Position numbers and translations under genes: made by a program. Below are positions 50,875 to 60,057 of a stretch of DNA of 64,000 nt, piece after piece. This DNA is from an uncultured Verrucomicrobia subdivision 3 bacterium (GTDB lineage Bacteria > Verrucomicrobiota > Verrucomicrobiia > Limisphaerales > UBA11358): contig CAINLR010000183.1 in the NCBI GenBank assembly GCA_903850425.1, positions 32,752 to 96,751 on the forward strand, read 5' to 3'. Position 1 is the first letter of the stretch, and each line of letters begins with the position of its first letter. The notes under the pieces were generated by a model, which was not told the origin of the DNA, did not search any database, and saw only the letters and a program-made list of their open reading frames with translations.

Positions 50875-53157
50875 ATGAATAACAGCCGACCCGTCGAATC
50901 GCCTCCGGGGATCAACCTGGGAGACGTGTATTTTGTGGTGTTCCGCCACAAGTGGAAAATCATCATTTTGTCCCTCCTCGGCCTGGTGGGAGCCACGACC
51001 TATTATCTGCTCAAGACGCCGCCCTTTCAAACCGAGGTGAAGTTGATGATCCGTTACGTTTCGGACAGCCATTCGAAAAATCCATCAGAGATGAATACGC
51101 AGGTCACCTCGATGACCGAAGCGCAGAGCATCATGAATTCAGAAATGGAGATTCTGACCAGCTTTGATCTCGCGGCGAAGGTGGCCACCAACATCGGCCC
51201 GGAAAAAATCCTGGCCCAGATCGGCGGAGGCAAGAATGCCACCGTGGCCGCTGCGGTCATTCATGGCAATCTCAAGGTCGTAGGTTCGAAAGACAGCAGC
51301 GTCATCCATGTCACCTTCAGCCATGCTGACCCCACGATTGTGCAGCCGGTGTTGAATGATTTGATTACGGAATATCTGGCCAAACATCTGCAGGTTCACT
51401 CGGCTGTCAGTCTTTCGGAGGACACGCTCACTGAGGTAACCACCCAGCTCAAGGGTCAGATTACACAGATCGAGGACGAATTGCGCATGATCCGAACCAA
51501 TGCGGGCATCATCTCCGTGGAAGACTCGGAAAAATCCTACTCGGAGGAAATCGCGCGCATCCGCCGAGATCTTTTCCAGGCCGAGATCCAAATGGAGGAG
51601 CATCGCGCCAACCTGAACGAACTGGCCGGGCGAAAAACCGCCGGCGCCGCGACCAACTCGGCCAACTCGACCGACTCGACCACATCCCTCGCCAATGTTC
51701 CGGCTGAAGATCTGGCGAAATATAAGAGCGCGTGCGGACGAATTGACAGTGCCCAAAAACAGGAGGAGTCCTATTTGTATCAACAGAATTTCACTGACGA
51801 AAACAAGCTCGTGGTCGCCGTGCGCGAGCAGAAGGCGGTGGCCACGAAAATCAAGCAGGAGTTGGAAGCACAATTCCCCGCCTTGGCGGACTTGGATGTG
51901 CCGCCGCCGCCAGTGTATTCGCCCGCTCCGGCGGGCGACAATAATGATGGCCGGCTGACCATTTCGCTGCCGGTGCGAATCAAAAGTTTGGAACAGCAGC
52001 TCGCCCAAATGCAGGTGGAAGCCGCCCGACTGGAGACGGCGAAGGCCAAAATCTCCGACCTCATCCGCACCAAACAAATTGAGGAAGAAAACTATAAATC
52101 CTACAAAACCATCCTGGAACAGGCGCATATTGACCAAACGCTCGGTCCAGGGGGCCGCGGCAACAACATCAGCGTCATCCAGCAGCCGTCGCCGGTGTCC
52201 AAAGATTTTGGAAAGTTTTACAAAGCCATCGGCCTGTTATTCGCGGGCGGCGTGGGACTTGGCCTGGGCTGGGCGTTCCTCATTGAATTCGTCCTTGACC
52301 GCTCGATCAAGCGGCCGATTGAAATCCAGACGAAGCTGCACATCCCGTTCTTTTTGTCCATTCCCGACCTGAATCAAAACCGCCGCACCCGGCTGGCCGC
52401 ACCCAAACGCGCGCAGTTGGCCTACAACAATAATGGCAAGACCAAAGCCGAGGCCGGCCCCGTTCCGGCGATGCCGAGCGGAGCGCTCGAACTGACCTCC
52501 ACCGAAGTCAACCGGCGCTTGCAGTCGCACTACGACGCCTTGCGCGACCGGCTGGTGATCTATTTTGAATCCATCAACCTCACGCGCAAGCCCAAGCTGG
52601 TGGCCGTCACCAGCACGCACGAAGGCGCGGGCGTCAGCACCATCGCCGCCGGTCTGGCTGCCTCCCTTTCGGAGACCGGCGATGGCCGCGTGCTGCTCGT
52701 GGATATGAATCTCGAACACGGCGCGGCGCAGCAGTTTTTCAACGGCAAACCCAGCCTGCAAATTGACGATGCGCTGCATAATGAAAAACGGGACGAAGCG
52801 CTGGTGCAGGAAAATTTGTATGTCGTCTCCGAAGGTTCCAATACCGAAAAACTGCCGCGCGCCCTGCCCAAACGGTTCGCCTCGCTCATTCCCAAACTCA
52901 AGGCCAGCGATTACGATTACATCATCTTCGACATGCCGCCCGTCAGCCCCACCAGCGTGACCACCCGCCTCGCCGGCTACATGGACAACGTCATGCTCGT
53001 CGTTGAATCCGAGCAGACCGATCAGCAGGTGGCGCTGCAGGCGAAAGCCCTGCTCGCGCAGTCCAACGCCAACGTCACCGCCGTGCTCAACAAGACGCGC
53101 CAATACATTCCCGCCTACCTGCACAAGGATATTATTCTCGGCGGCGAACAGTTCTGA
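50875..53157 (+). CDS. Polysaccharide co-polymerase (Wzz/GumC-type) fused to a degenerate BY-kinase-like P-loop domain
   Basis: An N-terminal TM (WKIIILSLLGLVGATTYYLL) is followed by long coiled-coil periplasmic region and a second TM (IGLLFAGGVGLGLGWAFLIEFVL). The C-terminal MinD/BY-kinase-like domain has Walker A reading STHEGAGVST (no Lys) and Walker B YIIFDMPP. Confidence 0.8.
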   Translation: MNNSRPVESPPGINLGDVYFVVFRHKWKIIILSLLGLVGATTYYLLKTPPFQTEVKLMIRYVSDSHSKNPSEMNTQVTSMTEAQSIMNSEMEILTSFDLAAKVATNIGPEKILAQIGGGKNATVAAAVIHGNLKVVGSKDSSVIHVTFSHADPTIVQPVLNDLITEYLAKHLQVHSAVSLSEDTLTEVTTQLKGQITQIEDELRMIRTNAGIISVEDSEKSYSEEIARIRRDLFQAEIQMEEHRANLNELAGRKTAGAATNSANSTDSTTSLANVPAEDLAKYKSACGRIDSAQKQEESYLYQQNFTDENKLVVAVREQKAVATKIKQELEAQFPALADLDVPPPPVYSPAPAGDNNDGRLTISLPVRIKSLEQQLAQMQVEAARLETAKAKISDLIRTKQIEEENYKSYKTILEQAHIDQTLGPGGRGNNISVIQQPSPVSKDFGKFYKAIGLLFAGGVGLGLGWAFLIEFVLDRSIKRPIEIQTKLHIPFFLSIPDLNQNRRTRLAAPKRAQLAYNNNGKTKAEAGPVPAMPSGALELTSTEVNRRLQSHYDALRDRLVIYFESINLTRKPKLVAVTSTHEGAGVSTIAAGLAASLSETGDGRVLLVDMNLEHGAAQQFFNGKPSLQIDDALHNEKRDEALVQENLYVVSEGSNTEKLPRALPKRFASLIPKLKASDYDYIIFDMPPVSPTSVTTRLAGYMDNVMLVVESEQTDQQVALQAKALLAQSNANVTAVLNKTRQYIPAYLHKDIILGGEQF

Positions 53158-53218
53158 TGCGCCCACGCCCGGCCCGACGCGTGACGGCTTCCGCCACGCG
53201 TCCGCACCTCTGACCCCA

Positions 53219-55417
53219 ATGCTGACCAATCGGATTTATTACCGTTTCAAACCCTATCTGCCGTGGCGGTTGCGGATGGGCGTGCGGCGGATTCTGGCCC
53301 GGCAGCAGCGGCGGCAGCACGCGCTGACCTGGCCGATTAATCCCGCCGCCGGCCTGACGCCGGCGGGCTGGCCGGGCTGGCCGGAAGGGAAGAAATTCGC
53401 GCTCGTCCTCACCCACGATGTCGAAGGCCCCAGCGGCCTGGCCAAATGCCAGCAACTCATGCAGCTTGAGCAGTCGCTGGGGTTCCGCTCGTCCTTCAAT
53501 TTTATTCCCGAAGGCAAATACAAAGTGACACCCGAACTGCGCGCCGAGTTGCGCCAGAACGGATTCGAGGTTGGCGTCCATGATTTGCGCCATGACGGAA
53601 AACTTTACTGGCGGCGCTCGGAGTTTGCGGAAAACGCCCACAGCATCAATGGCTATTTGAACGAGTGGGGCGCGCGCGGCTTCCGTTCCGGCTTCATGCT
53701 GCACAACCGCGAATGTCTGCACGAGCTGGACATCGAATATGACGCCTCGACCTTCGACACCGATCCGTTTGAGCCGCAGCCGGACGGCGTCCAGACCATT
53801 TTCCCGTTCTGGGTGACGCGCCCCAGTGGCGGCGGCTACGTCGAACTGCCATACACCTTGCCCCAGGATTCCACGATGTTCCTTGTCCTTCGGGAAACGT
53901 CGTCGGACATCTGGAAGAAAAAACTGGATTGGATCGTCCAGCGCGGCGGCATGGCACTCGTCAACACGCATCCGGACTATTTGGATTTTGGCGGCTCGAA
54001 GCGGCAGGCCTCTGAATACCCCGTGGCTTTTTACGCAGAATTTCTCCAACACATCGCGAAAACCTACGGCGCGGATTACTGGCAGGCGCTACCGCGCGAA
54101 GTCGCGAGTTGGTATCGCAAAACGTGTGTGGAGGCTAACCCGCGGACGCAAAGCGCAGCGCTCAACTTTGAGTCCCCCACCGAAACCATCCGCAAAACGT
54201 CGCTCAAGGGCAAGCGCGCGGCCGTGGTTTTATATTCCTATTTTGCCACCGATCCTCGACCGCGCCGGGAGGCGGAGTCCTTGCATCGTGCAGGGATGTC
54301 CGTGGACGTGTTTTGCCTGCGGCCGAATTCCCAGACGCCTTGGCGGCAGCAGATCAACGGGGTCAACGTGTTTCACATGCCGCTGCGCCGACGCCGCGCA
54401 GCCAAATTGGTTTACATGGCGCAATATGGGTGGTTCTTGACCTGCTCCTTTTTCTCGGTGTCGGTCTTGAATTTCAAACGGCGCTACGATCTGGTCCACG
54501 TTCACAACATGCCCGATTTTCTGGTGTTCAGCGCCCTCGTGCCCAAGTTATGCGGAGCCAGAGTCATTTTGGATCTGCATGACCCGATGCCAGAATTATT
54601 CCGCAGCATCTATGGGTTGCCGGCGGAGCATTACGTCGTGCGCTGGTTGAAAAAAATGGAGCAACGCAGCATTGGGTTCGCTCATTTGGTGCTGACACCA
54701 AACCGGGCATTTCAAGAGTTGTTTACTTCCCGCAGTTGTCTGCCGGGAAAAATCCAGACGGTGATGAACTCGCCGGAAACGACGATTTTCGATCCGAAGC
54801 GGCACGCGCCTTCTGCCCCCGGGACCGGCCCGATGCGACCATTTATCTTGATGTATCATGGCCTACTCGTGGAACGGCATGGTTTGGATCTGGCCATCCG
54901 GGCCGTCGCAAAACTGCGGACGGAAATTCCGGGGATTCAGTTGCACATGTATGGCGAGACGACCGATTATGTGACGAAGATTCACGAACTGATCCGGGAG
55001 CTTGGTCTGGAAGGAATTGTCCAGGCGCACGGCTTCAAACCGCTGGATGAAATCGCCAAAGACATCTCGCAGATTGACCTGGGGCTGATTCCCAACCGCT
55101 CCAGCTCGTTCACGCAGATCAATTTTCCCACCCGCATTTTTGAATACCTGGCGATGCACAAACCGGTCATCGTGCCGAACACCAAGGGCATTCAGGATTA
55201 TTTTGAGGAAGCGGACATGCTGTTTTTTGAGGCTGGCAATGCCGAGGATCTTGCCACCAAAATCAAGTGGGCCTTTCAACATCCCCAGGAACTCGCGCAA
55301 AGGCTGGCCAGAGGCCGGGCGATTTACATTGAACACAATTGGAACGCCGAGGAAAAGAGGTTCGTGAATCTGGTGGCCAATCTGGTTGACCGGAAATTAA
55401 CCGCACCAACTGCCTGA
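53219..55417 (+). CDS. Fusion protein: polysaccharide deacetylase-like (CE4-type) N-domain + GT4-type glycosyltransferase C-domain
   Basis: Start set at MLTNRIYYRFKPYLPWRL (ATG 53219); the listed 53003 start overlaps the upstream gene. The N-domain has FALVLTHDVEGPSG...GFEVGVHDLRHDG...VNTHPDY. The C-domain has VHVHNMPDFLV ... ILMYHGLLVERHGLD ... PTRIFEYLAMHKPVIV. Confidence 0.7.
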   Translation: MLTNRIYYRFKPYLPWRLRMGVRRILARQQRRQHALTWPINPAAGLTPAGWPGWPEGKKFALVLTHDVEGPSGLAKCQQLMQLEQSLGFRSSFNFIPEGKYKVTPELRAELRQNGFEVGVHDLRHDGKLYWRRSEFAENAHSINGYLNEWGARGFRSGFMLHNRECLHELDIEYDASTFDTDPFEPQPDGVQTIFPFWVTRPSGGGYVELPYTLPQDSTMFLVLRETSSDIWKKKLDWIVQRGGMALVNTHPDYLDFGGSKRQASEYPVAFYAEFLQHIAKTYGADYWQALPREVASWYRKTCVEANPRTQSAALNFESPTETIRKTSLKGKRAAVVLYSYFATDPRPRREAESLHRAGMSVDVFCLRPNSQTPWRQQINGVNVFHMPLRRRRAAKLVYMAQYGWFLTCSFFSVSVLNFKRRYDLVHVHNMPDFLVFSALVPKLCGARVILDLHDPMPELFRSIYGLPAEHYVVRWLKKMEQRSIGFAHLVLTPNRAFQELFTSRSCLPGKIQTVMNSPETTIFDPKRHAPSAPGTGPMRPFILMYHGLLVERHGLDLAIRAVAKLRTEIPGIQLHMYGETTDYVTKIHELIRELGLEGIVQAHGFKPLDEIAKDISQIDLGLIPNRSSSFTQINFPTRIFEYLAMHKPVIVPNTKGIQDYFEEADMLFFEAGNAEDLATKIKWAFQHPQELAQRLARGRAIYIEHNWNAEEKRFVNLVANLVDRKLTAPTA

Positions 55418-55654
55418 GCCAGCGTGTTTCATTGCCTTCACTTTTGTAAGCTGTGCACTCCGCCAAATGGTCTGATCTTGCTGCTCATCGCGATGGGCGC
55501 GGGTTGTTTGATCCGGCATATGTGGACCGCGCGGCACGCCACGATGGTTGGCACTGCGGACAACTGCCAACCAGTGCGATGGCTTCAGCTCGGGCGAAGC
55601 GATCAGGCCGTTCGCTGCGGAAACTCAGCGATCTAAAATAATTACCGCCACCAG

Positions 55655-57043
55655 ATGCCTTCCCAACTAGCGCTTCTGATCTACGTTACCGGAATAGCTT
55701 GGCTGTTTCGGAGGGATTTTCGTGAAAAACCCAATGTAACCAAAGCCTTGTGGATTCCGTTTTTCTGGCTGTTCATCAGTATGACGCGGGCAGTCTCCGA
55801 GTGGTTGAGCATCTTCGGCTTGAACGTGGGTGGCGCATCGTTGGAAGAGGGAAGCCCCGTGGACGCGTTGGTGTCATTTGGGCTCATTGTAGCCGGTTTT
55901 TTCATATTATCTAGACGACGGGTCAGCCTGGCGGAAATCGCCCGGAACAATCGGTGGCTCACGATCTTTTTTGTGTATTGCTTTCTGGCGGTCTTTTGGT
56001 CGGATTTCCCATTTGTGGCCTTCAAACGCTGGATCAAAGTCATAGGCCATCCAATCATGGTGCTCATCATCTTCACCGAGCCTGATTTTGAGGTGGCCCT
56101 GACGACGCTTCTGAAACGCAGTGCGTATATCATGATTCCAGTGTCTATTTTGTTCATCAAATATTTCCCTGAACTCGGCCGCGGATATTCCGACTGGACG
56201 GGTGGTGTTTCGTATTCGGGGATCACTCTGGGCAAAAACGCCCTTGGGGTTGACTGCCTGATCCTAGGGTTCTTTTTATTCTGGTATTTGCTCAAAGTTT
56301 GGCAGTTTGAGAAAAGCAAATTTCGCCGGAACGAACTGATTTTTTGCGTCCTCTTTTTGGGGATGATTGGATGGCTGATCACGATGGCGCAAAGCTCCAC
56401 CTCGCTGGTTTCGCTCATGATTGGCGTCACCCTGATCATTGGCCTTGGGCTTCGCTTCGTGAAGAACGAGTATGTCGGTTCCTACTTTGTGTTTGGCATA
56501 CTGATCTGCGCCGTAGCCGAATTTGGCTTTGGCGCCTCCAACTGGCTTTTGGAAATATTGGGCAAAGATCCGACCCTGACCGACCGGACGGAAGTCTGGC
56601 ACGACTGCCTGAAAATCCCCATCAATCCAATTCTGGGAGCCGGTTTTGAGAGCTTTTGGCTGGGAGATCGATTGAAGATCATGTGGGCCAAATGGTATTG
56701 GCGTCCCAATCAGGCCCACAACGGTTATATTGAAACCTATTTGAATCTAGGGTTGGTGGGTTTGATTCTCTTGATCGGGCTGCTGTTGTCTACGTTCTGG
56801 AAGTCCCGTCGCGAACTGCTAACCCACTTCCATTTCGGGCGGTTACGCATCGCGTTTTTAAGCCTGCTGGTGGCTTACAATTGGACAGAAGCGAGCTTCA
56901 AGGCGCTTCACCCAATGTGGTTTATGTTTTATATTATCGCACTGGACTACCCGAAAGCTGCCGGACATACCCCCCGACAGTCAACTGACCTATACGTTGG
57001 ACCTGAAGAGGAAAGCCACCTGGATGAGGCTCACCAAACGTAG
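55655..57043 (+). CDS. O-antigen ligase / Wzy-like polymerase family membrane protein
   Basis: About 11 TMs. The periplasmic loop has GAGFESFWLGD...WRPNQAHNGYIETYLNLGLVGL, characteristic of Wzy_C / O-antigen-ligase-like proteins. Confidence 0.8.
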   Translation: MPSQLALLIYVTGIAWLFRRDFREKPNVTKALWIPFFWLFISMTRAVSEWLSIFGLNVGGASLEEGSPVDALVSFGLIVAGFFILSRRRVSLAEIARNNRWLTIFFVYCFLAVFWSDFPFVAFKRWIKVIGHPIMVLIIFTEPDFEVALTTLLKRSAYIMIPVSILFIKYFPELGRGYSDWTGGVSYSGITLGKNALGVDCLILGFFLFWYLLKVWQFEKSKFRRNELIFCVLFLGMIGWLITMAQSSTSLVSLMIGVTLIIGLGLRFVKNEYVGSYFVFGILICAVAEFGFGASNWLLEILGKDPTLTDRTEVWHDCLKIPINPILGAGFESFWLGDRLKIMWAKWYWRPNQAHNGYIETYLNLGLVGLILLIGLLLSTFWKSRRELLTHFHFGRLRIAFLSLLVAYNWTEASFKALHPMWFMFYIIALDYPKAAGHTPRQSTDLYVGPEEESHLDEAHQT

Positions 57044-57167
57044 CCTCAAGGACATTTGAATTGTGAAAAACATCAACCTTGGCTAGGATACAAATTCAGG
57101 GCGCAATTGCGCCGGCGAAACATAAGCATTGGCTCAAATACTGCTGCGAAATGCACAATTATATTTT

Positions 57168-58802
57168 ATGCTCAAACATTATTTTACAACGCTGACGACT
57201 GCCGCCGTCCTGATTATTGGCAGCTTTTGTGAAGCGGCTGTGATCCCTGCTGCAAGCCCCGCTTTCAAGGATGTCAGTGACGCCGTCGCCCAAGCCAGTC
57301 CGGGCGATACCGTAACAGTCCCAGCAGGAACCGCCGTATGGACCAACGGGTTGACTATCAATAAAGACATTCATTTGGTGGGAGCCGGTATCGGCCAGAC
57401 GGTCCTCATAGATGAAGAATATCGCATCCCGTGGTCATTTGCCTTTTTGATAGCCTGGCACCCCGTCGCCAATGGAAGCGTGCAGTTAAGCGGATTTACC
57501 TTTCAAGGTGGCGTCACCAATAAAACCTCGCCGCAAAATGGTGCGCTTTACTTTGGTGGTTTTTGCTCCAACGTCCGCATTGACCACTGCCGACTTGAGA
57601 ATCTGCACAATGAAGGAATTTGGATTGAAGGAGCGGTATTTGGCGTGATTGATCATTGTGAGTTTTACCAAACGAATTGGGACAACGCTATTTCAATAGA
57701 AAACGGCGGTATCGGCGGCGATACGGGAAATGGCGGTCTGGGTTATGGCGACAAGTCGTGGGCCACGCCGGTGCTGTGGGGACAGACCAACGAATTCGTT
57801 TATATCGAAGACTGCTCATTTTACAATCCAGCCGGACCGGCGGTTGACGACTTTGCGAAAGGCTCCCGGGTGGTGTTCCGTTACAACTCCTGCACAAATA
57901 CTTTTTTTCAAAACCACGGAACCGAGTCCAGTCAACGCAACCGTGGCGGACGGGCATTCGAAGTCTATGGCAATAAATTTATTGTGAACAATAACGTGGG
58001 ACAACCAAACACCCCGTTGTTCTTCCGCAGCGGTTCTGGATTGATCTTCAGCAACACTTTTTCGGGTTACTCCCAATTTTGGTCCTTGGTGAACTTCCGT
58101 TCCGTGGATGCGTATGACCCTTGGGGTTCGGCCAATGGGCAAAACCCGTGGGACTCCAACAATCCTACGATGCTGCAAAGTGGCACCCATACCGGCAGCA
58201 CAGCAACGGGGCATCTTACCGATGACAACGCGAACTGGATTGTTAATCAATGGGTGGGCGGATACACAGTGCAGAACACCAGCCTAGGCGGCACCAATCG
58301 GGGAGGTTACTCGCTGATCTATTCTAACGACGCGCATAACATTTATTATTTGGCATCGGTTTATAGTGGCTTTATGAATTTCGCAACTGGACAGACTTAT
58401 GCGATTTATCAAACCTACGCCCAGCTTGACCAAATTGGACGGGGACAAGGCAATTTGATCGCGGATAGCTCATTTGGTAACGGGATACCGGTTAACACCG
58501 TAACTGGACAACCCAGCTGGCCGAATGAAGTTTCAGATCCAGTTTATCAGTGGGCCAACAGTTATAATGGGGTAGCCAACTATGCCTATGGTGAAACCGT
58601 GGCGGGGTATGACATCCGATTGAATCGTGACTACTACGACAACACGCCGAAGCCCGGCTACACGCCGCTGGCTTATCCGCATCCGCTGGTATCGGGCTTG
58701 ACGCCGCCGAACTCCTTCCCCCCCACAGCCAGCCCGCCAACCAACACGGTCCCCGAAAATCCACTCGCGCCGCCCTCCGGCTTGAGCGTGTTCAAGCACT
58801 GA
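57168..58802 (+). CDS. Secreted right-handed beta-helix (pectate-lyase-fold) protein, candidate polysaccharide-processing enzyme
   Basis: ATG 57168 is preferred (MLKHYFTTLTTAAVLIIGSFCEAAV signal peptide). AVAQASPGDTVTVPAGTAVWTNGLTINKDIHLVGAG and repeated Gly/Asn/His-rich turns fit the fold. The C-terminal tail is Pro-rich. No catalytic motif recognised. Confidence 0.5.
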   Translation: MLKHYFTTLTTAAVLIIGSFCEAAVIPAASPAFKDVSDAVAQASPGDTVTVPAGTAVWTNGLTINKDIHLVGAGIGQTVLIDEEYRIPWSFAFLIAWHPVANGSVQLSGFTFQGGVTNKTSPQNGALYFGGFCSNVRIDHCRLENLHNEGIWIEGAVFGVIDHCEFYQTNWDNAISIENGGIGGDTGNGGLGYGDKSWATPVLWGQTNEFVYIEDCSFYNPAGPAVDDFAKGSRVVFRYNSCTNTFFQNHGTESSQRNRGGRAFEVYGNKFIVNNNVGQPNTPLFFRSGSGLIFSNTFSGYSQFWSLVNFRSVDAYDPWGSANGQNPWDSNNPTMLQSGTHTGSTATGHLTDDNANWIVNQWVGGYTVQNTSLGGTNRGGYSLIYSNDAHNIYYLASVYSGFMNFATGQTYAIYQTYAQLDQIGRGQGNLIADSSFGNGIPVNTVTGQPSWPNEVSDPVYQWANSYNGVANYAYGETVAGYDIRLNRDYYDNTPKPGYTPLAYPHPLVSGLTPPNSFPPTASPPTNTVPENPLAPPSGLSVFKH

Positions 58803-59040
58803 TCGCCAATTAGCATAATCAAGCAATTCATTGCGCCGCGATGCTCATGACTTGCTTCGCGTAGTGCTTGAACGGCACCCTCCAACCAGCGAACGAAGTA
58901 GAACGGCTTGCGCGCACGAGTAACAGCATGGGACGCGGCAAGAGACACCACTCATGACTCAGTTGCGGATGCCGCCACCGTCTGCGACCATTGGCTCTAT
59001 TGCGCTGTGGCAGACCCTCAGCCGCAACCGTCCCATTTGA

Positions 59041-60057
59041 ATGTCCCCTAAGAAACAACTTGGTTTCATCGTAGTTGCGACCTTGCTGCTGACCGCCGTC
59101 GGCAGCCATTTCGTCGCGGGCTGGATTGGCTTGCCCAAACCAGGCGCTGCGTTCCGCCGGATCGGGCCGCAAAGCGGACCGCAAGTCTTCTGTGCCGGAT
59201 CGTCACTGCTCCAATTTGGCCTCGCTTGGCCTGAAATTTCCAAAGCCCTCGGTCAAGGCATGGAAAACTGGGGCATCGGTGGATCCTCGCCGTCCGAGTG
59301 GGAATTTTCACAGCCATTGGCTACCAATGCCAATTTGATGATCATCGGCATATCCGTCTATGATTTGAATGAGCTTCATCTGGCCAACTCCCGGGCCAAT
59401 GTCGTTCCCCTTAGCCAGACAATTCAGGATTTATGGAGTGCTGGGATGAGCCGGCAATTTTCCAAGCGCCTGCTGAGCCAGTATCCCTTGGCCTACTTGC
59501 GGCAAGTTTTCCCCACTGCTGGGAACTCTGATGCCGTTCTCGTGGGTTTGCGGCGAAAATTGCCCAGCAAAATGAGGTCCGCCGCCGCCGCCGAAGACAG
59601 TGCCAACTCCATGGTGCTGCCCAAAGAAGCGGTTTTTGAATTCGGCGGCTCAACCGACAAACTCTCCGAGTGGGATACCGCAAAAAAATTACGGCGACTA
59701 GCCTTGATGCGGAGTGAAACCCAAGGAGAGCACACTTTTGGCGGGCCCAAACAACTGGCCCTTCACCGAATGTTGCAGCGCGCACAAGCAAGCGGCGGCA
59801 ATATAGTAGTAGTCCTGCCCGTGGCTCCCCTTTATGCCCATGAATTCCTGACGCCGGAAGTAAATCTCAATTTCGAAAAAGCTCTGACTGAGGTGCAGCG
59901 CGCTTTTCCCGCCGCCCAATTCGTGCGGCTGGACCAAGACACGCCCCTCCAATCAGACGCCTATTTCAGCGATCCAGTGCATATGAATGGTGCTGGCCGG
60001 GACATCGCCACTGAGGCTTTTCTGAAAGCGCTGGAACTACCAAGCCAGAAGCTGTGA
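59041..60057 (+). CDS. SGNH/DltD/AlgJ-like periplasmic partner of the MBOAT acyltransferase
   Basis: N-terminal anchor LGFIVVATLLLTAVGSHFVAG. Block-I-like VFCAGSSLL and block-V-like SDPVHMNGAG (DxxH). The stop overlaps the MBOAT start (GTGA 60054-60057). Confidence 0.55.
   Translation: MSPKKQLGFIVVATLLLTAVGSHFVAGWIGLPKPGAAFRRIGPQSGPQVFCAGSSLLQFGLAWPEISKALGQGMENWGIGGSSPSEWEFSQPLATNANLMIIGISVYDLNELHLANSRANVVPLSQTIQDLWSAGMSRQFSKRLLSQYPLAYLRQVFPTAGNSDAVLVGLRRKLPSKMRSAAAAEDSANSMVLPKEAVFEFGGSTDKLSEWDTAKKLRRLALMRSETQGEHTFGGPKQLALHRMLQRAQASGGNIVVVLPVAPLYAHEFLTPEVNLNFEKALTEVQRAFPAAQFVRLDQDTPLQSDAYFSDPVHMNGAGRDIATEAFLKALELPSQKL

Noticed and set aside
53003-53218. Upstream 72-codon extension of the deacetylase-GT4 ORF (listed start 53003). 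Other listed ORFs have similar upstream extensions (12310-13305, 28182-28895, 28658-32023, 9156-9959, 9857-10744, 43151-44392).
   Set aside because: The extensions overlap the well-supported upstream genes in another frame and encode Arg/Pro/Ser-rich junk. Internal Met codons give proper signal peptides or conserved N-termini.
55424-55641. Small ORFs (70 and 62 aa) between the GT4 fusion gene and the Wzy-like gene.
   Set aside because: They have a non-ATG or weak start and Cys/Arg/His-rich featureless translations, and two frames overlap. This is more likely an intergenic promoter region for the Wzy-like gene.
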